A program made the translations under genes and the position numbers. Below the pieces are notes generated by a model. That model was not told the origin of the DNA and ran no database searches. It was given only the letters and a program-made list of their open reading frames with translations. This document shows positions 27,113-35,729 of a stretch of 39,639 nucleotides of DNA, in pieces (the first letter of the stretch is position 1; each line of letters starts with the position of its first letter). The DNA is taken from positions 1 to 39,639 of the forward strand of contig JAZSIN010000022.1 in NCBI GenBank assembly GCA_045533845.1, in the 5' to 3' direction. The DNA is from Eubacteriales bacterium (GTDB taxonomy: Bacteria > Bacillota > Clostridia > Oscillospirales > CAG-272).

Positions 27113-27443
27113 AAATATTCCTCGATCTTCAAAAACCGCACGCGGCGGTCGTATTCTTACGTATTATGATACCACAAAGCAGAGAGAAATGCAAGAGCCG
27201 CGCGAGCGAATATTGCAAACAAAGCGTAAAATTTTTGTTTTCACGAAAAATCCTCCGACGCGCCTCTTGCTTTTTCCCGAAAAATCGGGTATACTTAAGG
27301 AAGAGCTTCGACAAAACGGCGCGTGTTCACATTTCTTTTACAAATTTAACCTCTGCTTCATATTCGCTTGAAGTTCGTTTGACCTTCCCCTTGTATACTG
27401 TACCCGTAAAACGGATCACCGTAGAAAGGTCAGGTACATAACC

Positions 27444-28127
27444 GTGAACGAACGCATCCTACTCGCCGAGCCGAATCCGACCCTCCGCTCGGATCTTTCC
27501 CGCTATCTGCTAAGCAATCAATTTAACGTCGAATCGGTCGATTCAGGCGCGGATGCGCTCTCTCTCGTGGAGCGGTTCTCCCCCGACCTCGTGATCCTCG
27601 ACGCACTTCTTTCGTCGGGTGGAACGCCGCTTTGCGAGGAGATCCGAAAGGATTCCTCCGTCCCGATCATTCTCACCGCTCCGCGCGCAACCGTCCAGGA
27701 GAAGGTACGCGCGCTTGAGTCGGGCGCAGACGACTTCGTTCTGAAGCCCTGCGACCCGCGCGAGCTCGGCGCACGGGCAAGGGCAGTCCTCCGCCGCAGT
27801 CAGCTCGAGGCGCGCGGGAAGGAGGACAGCACGATCAATCTCGACCGCTTTTCCCTCTCGATCGAGGAGTACGAGCTTCGTCTCGACGGAAGGCGCATCG
27901 ACCTCACGCCGAAGGAGCTTCAGCTCCTCTATTTCCTCGCATCGAACCCGAACAAGGTCTATACGCGCGATCAGCTCCTCGACAGAGTGTGGGGCTACAA
28001 CTACCTCGGAAACACCCGCACGATCGACGCGCACGTCAGAAAGGTACGCGAGAAGTGCAACGGCGTATCGGACAAGTGGGCGATCCGCACAATCTGGGGC
28101 GTCGGCTACAAATTTGAGACCGCGTGA
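27444..28127 (+). CDS. OmpR/PhoB-family response regulator with a degenerate receiver acidic pocket
   Basis: Receiver plus winged-helix domain (TPKELQLLYFLASNPNKVYTRDQLL, TIDAHVRKVR, IWGVGYKF). The N-terminus reads ILLAEPNPT where canonical regulators have ExDDP/DDD. GTG start. Confidence 0.85.
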   Translation: MNERILLAEPNPTLRSDLSRYLLSNQFNVESVDSGADALSLVERFSPDLVILDALLSSGGTPLCEEIRKDSSVPIILTAPRATVQEKVRALESGADDFVLKPCDPRELGARARAVLRRSQLEARGKEDSTINLDRFSLSIEEYELRLDGRRIDLTPKELQLLYFLASNPNKVYTRDQLLDRVWGYNYLGNTRTIDAHVRKVREKCNGVSDKWAIRTIWGVGYKFETA

Positions 28128-28212
28128 CCCCGTCTGGCCATTCTGAAAACGACACGCGAAAGCATTCCCCGTGATACGGTATTACTGAATCCAACCCCGA
28201 AAGGACACCGCT

Positions 28213-28896
28213 ATGTTTCATATTCTCGTTGCAGAGGACGATCCGAGCACACGCAAGCTGATGGCGGCGGTGCTGACCCGATACGGATACACGCCGTATA
28301 CGGCGGCAGACGGGATCGAGGCACTTGAGATCCTCGACAAAACACATATCGACCTCGTCGTCCTCGACCTGATGATGCCGCGAATGGATGGCTACGCCTT
28401 TACCGAAACGCTCCGTCAGGGTGGGAGCGATCTTCCGATCCTGATGGTGACCGCAAAGGAAAGTCCCGCCGACAAGAAGCGCGGCTTCCTGATCGGGACC
28501 GACGACTATATGGTCAAGCCCGTCGACGAGGAGGAGATGATCCTCCGCATCGCGGCGCTTCTCCGTCGCTCCCGCATCGTCAGCGAGCGAAAGCTGACGG
28601 TCGGCTCGACGACGCTCCTTTACGATTCGCTCACGGTCGAAACGCCCGAGGGGACGATCGAGCTCACGCAGAAGGAGTTCCTTCTGCTCTTCAAGCTCCT
28701 CTCTTATCCGAACAAGATCTTCACGCGCCGCTCCCTGATGGACGACGTCTGGGATATGGACAGCGAAAGCGACGAACGGACGGTCGACGTGCATATCAGC
28801 CGCCTCCGCGACCGCTTCCGCGACAATCCCGATTTCACGATCTCGACGATCCGCGGACTCGGATACAAGGCGGTCCCCACAGTAAAAGCAAAGTAA
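28213..28896 (+). CDS. OmpR/PhoB-family response regulator (canonical)
   Basis: ILVAEDDPSTR, DLVVLDLMMPRMDG, LMVTAK, DDYMVKP. Winged helix (TQKEFLLLFKLLSYPNKIFTR, TVDVHISRLR, IRGLGYK). Confidence 0.92.
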   Translation: MFHILVAEDDPSTRKLMAAVLTRYGYTPYTAADGIEALEILDKTHIDLVVLDLMMPRMDGYAFTETLRQGGSDLPILMVTAKESPADKKRGFLIGTDDYMVKPVDEEEMILRIAALLRRSRIVSERKLTVGSTTLLYDSLTVETPEGTIELTQKEFLLLFKLLSYPNKIFTRRSLMDDVWDMDSESDERTVDVHISRLRDRFRDNPDFTISTIRGLGYKAVPTVKAK

Positions 28897-28910
28897 AAGC
28901 GAGAACGACT

Positions 28911-30050
28911 ATGAAGAAACGCCGCAAAATCCACCGCGACGAGCGCGAAAAGAAGCGATACCGAAGCCTCCGGTTCGTCCTCATCTATTACGTATCCAGC
29001 CTGATGCTCGTATCGGCGCTTCTCACAGGCGCGATCATCTATCTCCTGCACCTCGCCTTCGGGATCTTCCGCTACACAGCCCCGCTCGTGCTTCTGCTCC
29101 TGATCTTCGTGCCGAGCGTCATCATCGGCTCGGCGCTTGCCGCCGTTCTCGCCTACCGAATCCTGAATCCGCTCCGCGAGACCATTCGGGTCGCGAAAAA
29201 GATCGGCGAGGGAGATTTTTCGGTCCGCGTACACGACGACGACGGCATCTTTGAGGTTGCCGAGCTACAGGAGGCGTTCAACGGAATGGCGGACGACCTC
29301 GAAAGGACCGAGATCTTCCGCAAGGATTTCATCAGCAATTTTTCCCACGAATTCAAGACACCGATCGTCTCGATCCGAGGCTTCGCACACGAGCTCCGAT
29401 ACGGCGATCTTTCCGACGAGCGTCGCGAGGAATACCTCGGGATCATCTGTAAGGAATCCGACCGACTGACACATATGGCGTCGCGCATCCTCCTTCTCTC
29501 GCAGTACGAGAATCAGACGATCGTCGGTGGAAAAACGGCGTACGATCTCGACGAGCAGCTGCGCCACTGCATCCTTCTCCTCGAAAAGGAGTGGGATCAA
29601 AAGGATCTCGTGCTTGATCTTGAATTGGATTCTGTCCGTTGCTACGCGAATGAGGAGATGCTCGCCGAGCTTTGGGTGAATCTGTTCGGAAACGCGGTCA
29701 AGTTCACCCCTGCGGGTGGTACGATCGGCGTTTCCCTTCACGCAAGCGGACAGAACGCGGTCGTCACGATTTCGGATACGGGCATTGGGATGTCCGAAGC
29801 CGTCCGCGCACGGATCTTCGACCGATTCTATCAGGGAGATTCCTCCCACAAAAGTGAGGGCAACGGGATCGGGCTGACGCTCGCGCACCGTATCGTCGAG
29901 CTTTGCGGCGGCGAGATCGCGGTCGAAAGCACCGAGAGACGGGGCAGCACCTTCACCGTCACGCTTCCGATCGCGGAGACGCTCGCAGAGCTTGAAACGC
30001 TGAATGAACCGACCGAGGAGCGACCGAATGGAACGAAAGAACACCTTTGA
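28911..30050 (+). CDS. Sensor histidine kinase: two TM helices with a minimal external loop, a HAMP-like linker, HisKA and HATPase_c
   Basis: H-box FSHEFKTP, N-box NLFGNAVKFTP, G1 DTGIGM, G2 GNGIGL. The TM helices are separated only by about HLAFGIFRYT. Confidence 0.9.
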   Translation: MKKRRKIHRDEREKKRYRSLRFVLIYYVSSLMLVSALLTGAIIYLLHLAFGIFRYTAPLVLLLLIFVPSVIIGSALAAVLAYRILNPLRETIRVAKKIGEGDFSVRVHDDDGIFEVAELQEAFNGMADDLERTEIFRKDFISNFSHEFKTPIVSIRGFAHELRYGDLSDERREEYLGIICKESDRLTHMASRILLLSQYENQTIVGGKTAYDLDEQLRHCILLLEKEWDQKDLVLDLELDSVRCYANEEMLAELWVNLFGNAVKFTPAGGTIGVSLHASGQNAVVTISDTGIGMSEAVRARIFDRFYQGDSSHKSEGNGIGLTLAHRIVELCGGEIAVESTERRGSTFTVTLPIAETLAELETLNEPTEERPNGTKEHL

Positions 30051-30762
30051 AAACAGCCGCGGCGAGGAGCTCGAGCTCCCCGTATACCGCGTGATCGGAC
30101 ATATCTACACCGACTTCCCGACGAAGTTCGGCATCCCGCGGCAGAGCGGGCTCGCGTCGTCGCTCACGGGCGTCATACGCTTCACGGGCGCATATCGGAA
30201 TCCCGATGCCCTGCGCGGGATAGAGGATTTCTCGCACCTCTGGCTCCTGTGGCTCTTTTCGGAGGCGGTGAGAGAGGGGGACGGCGAGCGCTTCACCCCG
30301 ACCGTCCGCCCACCGAGGCTCGGCGGAAACGAAAAGATGGGCGTCTTCGCGACGCGCTCCCCCTTCCGCCCGAATCCGATCGGGCTTTCATCGGTGAGGC
30401 TCGAGGGGGTACGGATCGAGGAGAACGGCGAAGCCGTGCTCGTCGTTTCGGGTGCGGATCTGATGGATGGGACGCCGATCCTTGACGTCAAGCCCTACCT
30501 TCCCTTCACCGATTCCCATCCCGACGCCGTCGGAGGCTTTGCCGACGAGCACTTCTCTTACCGCCTTGAGGTCGTCTTTCCCGACGAGCTTCTCGCAAAG
30601 CTCCCGAGAGAAAAGCGCGCGGCGATCCTTGAGATCCTTGCAGAGGACCCCCGCCCCGCATATCAGAACGACCCCGACCGCGTCTACGGCTTCCCCTTCG
30701 CGGGACACGAGATTTGCTTCACGGTAAAGGACGGAACGCTAACCGTACAGTGGGTGGAATAA
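30028..30762 (+). CDS. trmO: tRNA (N6-threonylcarbamoyladenosine(37)-N6)-methyltransferase TrmO (TsaA/YaeB family)
   Basis: IGHIYTDFPTKFGIPRQSGL, HLWLLWLF, GVFATRSPFRPNPIGLSSVRL, DGTPILDVKPY. ATG 30028 overlaps the kinase 3' end by 23 nt. The ORF is open from 30004. Confidence 0.85.
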   Translation: MERKNTFENSRGEELELPVYRVIGHIYTDFPTKFGIPRQSGLASSLTGVIRFTGAYRNPDALRGIEDFSHLWLLWLFSEAVREGDGERFTPTVRPPRLGGNEKMGVFATRSPFRPNPIGLSSVRLEGVRIEENGEAVLVVSGADLMDGTPILDVKPYLPFTDSHPDAVGGFADEHFSYRLEVVFPDELLAKLPREKRAAILEILAEDPRPAYQNDPDRVYGFPFAGHEICFTVKDGTLTVQWVE

Positions 30763-30780
30763 GCGAACAGAACAACGAAA

Positions 30781-30810
30781 AGAGCTGAGTCAATGACTCA
30801 GCTCTTTTTA
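30781..30810 (+). terminator. Rho-independent terminator after trmO
   Basis: agagctgagtc, loop aat, gactcagctct (an 11-bp perfect stem), followed by TTTTT. Confidence 0.85.
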
Positions 30811-30843
30811 TCTGTATCACGCACATTCAATCTGAAAATTCTA

Positions 30844-30872
30844 TTGACAAGCGCCTTTCGTTGTGTTATACT
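30844..30872 (+). promoter_or_regulatory. ileS promoter (TTGACA-17-TATACT)
   Basis: ttgaca 30844-30849, a 17-nt spacer, tatact 30867-30872, with an overlapping tataat at 30872-30877. The leader to ATG 30962 is about 85 nt. Confidence 0.7.
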
Positions 30873-30961
30873 ATAATAGTATATTTGTATTTTTAGGGAG
30901 ATCGATCCGCTTTAGAAGCGGAGAGGTCCGAAACCCGATAGACTCGAAAGGAATCATCACA

Positions 30962-33900
30962 ATGCAAAGCAAGCTGCACGCGCCTTACCCCTTTGTGGAA
31001 AGCGAAAAGGAGATCCTCAAATTCTGGGAGGACAACGACTGCTTCCACAAACTGAAAAAGCAGAACGAAAACGGCCGTAAATTCCGTTTCATCGACGGCC
31101 CGATCACAGCAAACAACCCGATGGGCGTCCATCACGTTTGGGGACGTACCCTGAAGGATACCTTCATCAAGTACCACGCGATGAACGGCTGCGATACCCA
31201 CTATCGCAACGGTTTCGACGCACAGGGACTCTGGGTCGAGGTCGAGGTTGAGAAGGAGCTCGGCTTTGAGACCAAGCACGATATTGAAAAGTATGGCCTC
31301 GATAAGTTCACCGACAAGTGCATCGAGCGCGTCCGCCGTTGCTCCGCGATCATCACCGAGCAGTCGAAGCGCCTCGGTCAGTGGATGGATTGGGACAACA
31401 GCTACTATACCTACACCGACGAGAACATCACGGGCATCTGGGCGTTCCTGAAGAAGTGCCACGAAAGCGGCTGGATCAAGGAGGTCTACAAGCCGATGCC
31501 GTGGTGCGTCCGTTGCGGCACCTCGCTCTCCGAGCACGAGATGACGGGCTCTTATAAGGAGGTCGAGCACGACTCGGTCTTCTTCCGTCTTCCGATCCTC
31601 AACGGCCCCCACAAGGATGCGCGCATCCTCGTCTGGACGACGACCCCGTGGACGCTCTCCGCGAACGTCGCGCTCGCCGTCAACCCCGAGATGAATTACG
31701 TCAAGTTCACCTGCACCGATGCGCCCTATCCGCTCATCGCAGGCGAATCCTACTTTAACCAGAAGTTCGCAAAGAAGGAAGGTACCTCCGTGCTCGATAC
31801 CTTCAAGGGCGAGACCCTCGAAGGCACGCTCTACGAGACCTGCTTTGAGGAGCTTCCCGCACTCGCGTTCGACCACAAGATCGTCCTGTGGGACGAGGTC
31901 ACCTCGGACGACGGCTGCGGCGTCGTACACATCGCACCCGGCTGCGGTGCGGAGGACTTTGACCTCGGCACGAAGGTCGGACTCCCGAACATCATCCCGA
32001 TCGACGAATACGGCGTATTCTACGACGGCTTCGGCTTCTACTCGGGCAAGAAGGCTCAGGACGTCAAGGACGAGGTGTTCGAGGAGCTGAAGAAGCGCGA
32101 CAAGCTCTTCTACATTGCGAAGATCAAGCACTCCTACCCCGTCTGCTGGAGATGTAAGAAGGAGATCGTCTTCCGCCTCGTGAAGGAATGGGCGATCGCC
32201 GTCGACGAGCTCCGTCCCCGCCTCATCCGCAACGCGCGGAAGGTCCATTGGGATCCGCCCTATCAGGGAAAGCGTATGGAGGATTGGCTGACGAATATGT
32301 CCGACTGGAACATTTCGAGAAAGCGCTACTACGGTCTTCCCCTTCCCTTCTACAAGTGTCCTGATTGCGGCGCGCTCACTGTCATCGGCTCGAAGGAGGA
32401 GCTCCGCGAAAAGGCGGCGAATCCCGAAGCAGTCGACGAGATCCCGCATCTCCACCGCCCGTGGATCGACAAGGTCCTTGTAAAGTGCGACGGCTGCGGA
32501 AAGCCCGTCGAAAGAATCCCTCAGGTCGGTGACGTCTGGCTCGACGCGGGCATCGTTCCCTTCTCGACCATGAAGTATTTCACCGACAAGGAATATTGGA
32601 AGGACTACTTCCCCGCAGAATACGTCCTCGAAATGAAGGAGCAGATCCGTCTCTGGTTCTACTCGATGCTCTTTATGTCCACCGTTCTCGTGGACGAGCC
32701 CCCGTACGAGCGCGTCGGCACTTACTCGGTCGTCGTTTCGGAGGATGGCTCGAAGTTCTCGAAGACCGGCTTTATGATCCGCTTCGACGAGGCAGCTGAC
32801 AAGATCGGTGCAGACGCGTCGCGTTACATCTACGCGTCCTCCCCGACCTCGACCGACGTCCGCTTCGGCTTCAACCTCGGAGACGAGGCAAAGCGCAAGC
32901 TGCTCGGCTACTGGAATCTCTGCACCTTCTTCGCGACCTACGCTGACATCGACGGCGTGAAGGTCGACCTCGAAAAGCTCGACTACTCGCGTCTCTGTGA
33001 CGTTGACCGTTGGCTCGTCCTGAAGACGAACGAGTTTATCCGCACCTGCCGCGAGCATTTTGAAAACTACACCACCCGCGAGATCATCGTCGCGTTCGAA
33101 AGCTTCGTCAACGATATCTCGAACTTCTACGTCCGCGTCAACCGCGCACGCTTCTGGAAGTCCGAGTGCGACGAGGACAAGATGAACGCTTACGCCGTTC
33201 TCTACTACGCGGTGAAGACCATCACGGGCGCTATGGCTCCAATCATTCCCTTTATGACCGAGGAAATCTGGCAGACCTTCGTGAAGGGCTACGCCGCAGA
33301 CACGGTCTCAGAATCGGTCCTCCTCAGCAAGTACCCCACGGTTCCCGCAAATCTTGCGGGCGAGGACGACGGAATCCTCCTGAACGTCGAGACCGCGCGC
33401 GAGCTCATCTCGCTCGGTCTGAAGCTCCGTAACGAGAAGCAGATCAAGGTGCGTCAGCCCCTGCCCACGATGTACGTTTCGGCAACCGACGAAAACCGCG
33501 CGGCTGTCAAGGCGTTCGGCTCGGTCATCCTTTCCGAGATGAACGTCGGCGAGATCAAGGAGCTTTCGGACACCTCTGCGCTTGAAAGCAGCTACCTCAC
33601 GGTCAACTTCAAGGTCGCAGGCCGCGTCCTGAAGGCACAGGCAAACCCTGTCAAGGCGTACCTCGCGTCCCTCGACGACGCGTCTCAGCAGGCGCTTGCC
33701 GACAAGGTCGTGAAGGGAGAAGCGATCGCGATCGAGTCTCTCGGTCTCTCGGATATCCCCGCAGACGTATTCACGGTCGAATCGAAGTCGAAGGGCAACA
33801 TCGCAGTCCACAAGGACGCAGATGGCTTCGTCGCGCTCGACTGCGAGATCTCCGAGGAGCTGATGCGCGCGGGACTTTACCGCGACGTCGTCCGTCAGTG

Positions 33901-34117
33901 CCAGGTGTTCCGTAAGAATGCGGGCTTTGACGTTTCCGACCGCATCTATGCACAGTTCGTCACCGAATCCGCGCTTCTCTCATCGGTCATCGACGAAAAG
34001 AAGGAGCAGCTCGCGTCCGACCTGCTTGCAACGATCGGCGAGGTCCCCACACCCGAATTCACGGGCGAGATCGACCTCGACGGCGCAAAGCTCACGGTTC
34101 TGCTTCGCAGAGTCTGA
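30962..34117 (+). CDS. ileS: Isoleucine--tRNA ligase, type-2-like (class I aaRS with a CP1 editing domain), with divergent signature motifs
   Basis: Architecture and many blocks parallel type-2 IleRS: GFDAQGLWVEVEVEKELG, PWCVRCGTSLSEHE, WTTTPWTLSANVA, VHIAPGCGAEDF, YPVCWRCK, DWNISRKRYYGLPLP, RVNRARFW, and a C-terminal RDVVRQCQVFRKNAGFDVSDRI. HIGH-position motif is MGVHH and the KMSKS position reads KFSKT. ATG 30962 follows an AAAGGAA RBS. Confidence 0.75.
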   Translation: MQSKLHAPYPFVESEKEILKFWEDNDCFHKLKKQNENGRKFRFIDGPITANNPMGVHHVWGRTLKDTFIKYHAMNGCDTHYRNGFDAQGLWVEVEVEKELGFETKHDIEKYGLDKFTDKCIERVRRCSAIITEQSKRLGQWMDWDNSYYTYTDENITGIWAFLKKCHESGWIKEVYKPMPWCVRCGTSLSEHEMTGSYKEVEHDSVFFRLPILNGPHKDARILVWTTTPWTLSANVALAVNPEMNYVKFTCTDAPYPLIAGESYFNQKFAKKEGTSVLDTFKGETLEGTLYETCFEELPALAFDHKIVLWDEVTSDDGCGVVHIAPGCGAEDFDLGTKVGLPNIIPIDEYGVFYDGFGFYSGKKAQDVKDEVFEELKKRDKLFYIAKIKHSYPVCWRCKKEIVFRLVKEWAIAVDELRPRLIRNARKVHWDPPYQGKRMEDWLTNMSDWNISRKRYYGLPLPFYKCPDCGALTVIGSKEELREKAANPEAVDEIPHLHRPWIDKVLVKCDGCGKPVERIPQVGDVWLDAGIVPFSTMKYFTDKEYWKDYFPAEYVLEMKEQIRLWFYSMLFMSTVLVDEPPYERVGTYSVVVSEDGSKFSKTGFMIRFDEAADKIGADASRYIYASSPTSTDVRFGFNLGDEAKRKLLGYWNLCTFFATYADIDGVKVDLEKLDYSRLCDVDRWLVLKTNEFIRTCREHFENYTTREIIVAFESFVNDISNFYVRVNRARFWKSECDEDKMNAYAVLYYAVKTITGAMAPIIPFMTEEIWQTFVKGYAADTVSESVLLSKYPTVPANLAGEDDGILLNVETARELISLGLKLRNEKQIKVRQPLPTMYVSATDENRAAVKAFGSVILSEMNVGEIKELSDTSALESSYLTVNFKVAGRVLKAQANPVKAYLASLDDASQQALADKVVKGEAIAIESLGLSDIPADVFTVESKSKGNIAVHKDADGFVALDCEISEELMRAGLYRDVVRQCQVFRKNAGFDVSDRIYAQFVTESALLSSVIDEKKEQLASDLLATIGEVPTPEFTGEIDLDGAKLTVLLRRV

Positions 34118-34135
34118 TCCGCGCGATCAAATCAT

Positions 34136-34171
34136 AAAAAAGGCGTTTCGCTTTTGCGAAACGCCTTTTTT
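34136..34171. terminator. Bidirectional rho-independent terminator (ileS / trxA, convergent)
   Basis: aaaaaaggcgtttcgc tttt gcgaaacgcctttttt: a perfect stem flanked by A- and T-runs. Confidence 0.9.
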
Positions 34172-34178
34172 CTTGTTC

Positions 34179-34496
34179 TTACAGAGCCTTGTCGAGCATC
34201 TCTGCGAGCGTGTCCTCAGAAACGAGTCCGATCGACTTATCAAGCAGCTCGCCGCCCTTAAAGACGATCACCGTCGGGATGCTCTGAATCCCAAACGATG
34301 CGGCGACGGGGTACGCCTCGTCGACGTTGACCTTGCACACCTTGACCTTTCCCGCGTAGCGCTCGGAAATGCGCTCAACGGCGGGGGCAAGCATCTTGCA
34401 GGGACCACACCAATCGGCGTAGAAATCGACCAGAACGGGGATCTCGCTGTTCAGAGCCTCGTTTTCAAAGCTTTCGATCGTCAGCTTTGTTACCAT
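34179..34496 (-). CDS. trxA: Thioredoxin
   Basis: WCGPCK active site, 105 aa, AGGGAGGG RBS. Confidence 0.95.
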   Translation of the reverse strand: MVTKLTIESFENEALNSEIPVLVDFYADWCGPCKMLAPAVERISERYAGKVKVCKVNVDEAYPVAASFGIQSIPTVIVFKGGELLDKSIGLVSEDTLAEMLDKAL

Positions 34497-34510
34497 ATCG
34501 GTTCCCTCCC

Positions 34511-34711
34511 TTATTTTTCCTTATAGTAGAGGAGGCAGTGGCAGTATCCCTCGAAATCGGGGTCTGCAATCTGCTCCTTGAATTCCCGACACATACACTT
34601 CGTATCGGGCGTCCGCTCGAGGCGACAGGGGCAATAGCCGCCCGTCCGCTCGAGTCCTTCACGGATCGTTTTCACGATCTCCTTGTCTCCATTGAGGCGG
34701 ATCTTTCCCAT
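34511..34711 (-). CDS. Small ferredoxin-thioredoxin reductase catalytic-subunit-like protein (CPC/CMC/CHC cysteine triad pattern)
   Basis: MGKIRLNGDKEIVKTIREGLERTGGYCPCRLERTPDTKCMCREFKEQIADPDFEGYCHCLLYYKEK. GGAGGG RBS before ATG 34711. The ORF's upstream extension to 34876 is Arg/Ser-rich and overlaps ppiB. Confidence 0.65.
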   Translation of the reverse strand: MGKIRLNGDKEIVKTIREGLERTGGYCPCRLERTPDTKCMCREFKEQIADPDFEGYCHCLLYYKEK

Positions 34712-34733
34712 ATTCTCGTCCCCCTCCTCGAAT

Positions 34734-35240
34734 TCACTCCGCGAGAAGCTCGATCGTTTCGATCTCGATCGTCTCCTTCGGGACATCCTGTACATAGTAG
34801 CTGATCGCGCCCGTTTTCGTCGTTGCGATCTGATCGAGCACGTCGAAGCCGTCCGTGAGCTTACCGAAGCCCGCATACTGACCGTCGAGATGCGGCGCGT
34901 CCTGATGCATCACGAAAAACTGCGACGACGCCGAGTCGGGATCCGAGGTGCGCGCCATCGACAGAACGCCGCGTGTGTGACGAAGGGTATTGTCAAAGCA
35001 GCCGTTTGCCGCAAATTCTCCGACGATCGCCCCCGTCTCACGGCTCGAGAAATCCGCCGTGTAGCCGCCGCCCTGGATCATAAAACCCTTGATGACGCGG
35101 TGGAAGATCAGCCCTCTGAAGAAGTCCTTCTCAATGAGGGCGAGGAAGTTTTCGACCGTCTTCGGCGCGTATTCGGGGTAAAGCTCCGCCGTCATCGTGC
35201 CGTAATTTTTCACCTTGATTGCAATTTTAGGATGATTCAT
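34734..35240 (-). CDS. ppiB: Cyclophilin-type peptidyl-prolyl cis-trans isomerase
   Basis: FHRVIKGFMIQGGG, SMARTSDPDSASSQFF, GFGKL. 168 aa, no signal peptide. Confidence 0.93.
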   Translation of the reverse strand: MNHPKIAIKVKNYGTMTAELYPEYAPKTVENFLALIEKDFFRGLIFHRVIKGFMIQGGGYTADFSSRETGAIVGEFAANGCFDNTLRHTRGVLSMARTSDPDSASSQFFVMHQDAPHLDGQYAGFGKLTDGFDVLDQIATTKTGAISYYVQDVPKETIEIETIELLAE

Positions 35241-35266
35241 AACCCGTTCCTTTCGTGTTCCTTAAT

Positions 35267-35713
35267 CTATTGTGATCCGTCCGTCCCCGAAATATCCGAG
35301 GAAAAGCCTCGGAGGACGGCATCCGCCGCCTCGGGGTATCCGATACGGAAAAGCACACGGATGCGGGAAAACGCACCCGCAAGATAGAGATATCCGAACA
35401 GTGCCTCCATACCCGTCGCGGCGCGGTACTGTCCGACCGTCGCACTTCTCGGCACATTCTGGATATGCCCTCTGTTGCGCGCTCTCCGATAAACACCGAG
35501 CTCCTCCTCCGACAAAGCAGGAAGGATCCGCTCGATCGCCTCAGCCTGCGCCGTTGCGCTCACGAAGGCAAGAGACGCGCGGTTGAGGTCGCCCGCATGG
35601 GCGATCCCGCTTTCAACGAGATAAGAGCGCACGCAAAGCTCGATCACGCTGTCTCCGAGATACGACAGCGTTTCTCCCGAAAGCTGTCTCGCTTCCCTTT
35701 CACCTTGTATCAT
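35267..35713 (-). CDS. mrnC: Mini-ribonuclease 3 (Mini-III, 23S rRNA maturation)
   Basis: LSYLGDSVIELCVRSYLV RNase III signature region and the RRARN motif. About 148 aa. Confidence 0.8.
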   Translation of the reverse strand: MIQGEREARQLSGETLSYLGDSVIELCVRSYLVESGIAHAGDLNRASLAFVSATAQAEAIERILPALSEEELGVYRRARNRGHIQNVPRSATVGQYRAATGMEALFGYLYLAGAFSRIRVLFRIGYPEAADAVLRGFSSDISGTDGSQ

Positions 35714-35729
35714 AGCTGCGACCCTTATT

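Noticed and set aside
30873-30961. A possible T-box riboswitch or attenuator upstream of ileS.
   Set aside because: The leader is only about 85 nt between the -10 element and the ATG. It contains a single 6-bp hairpin, and I found no specifier-loop/T-box (AAUUAGGGUGG-like) sequence or terminator/antiterminator pair. That is too short for a T-box.
30893-33058. A 721-aa minus-strand ORF antisense to ileS.
   Set aside because: It overlaps a strongly supported aaRS gene entirely. Its composition is dominated by Val/Asp/Arg/Leu/Glu, which mirrors the sense-strand codons. It has no recognisable motifs or RBS.
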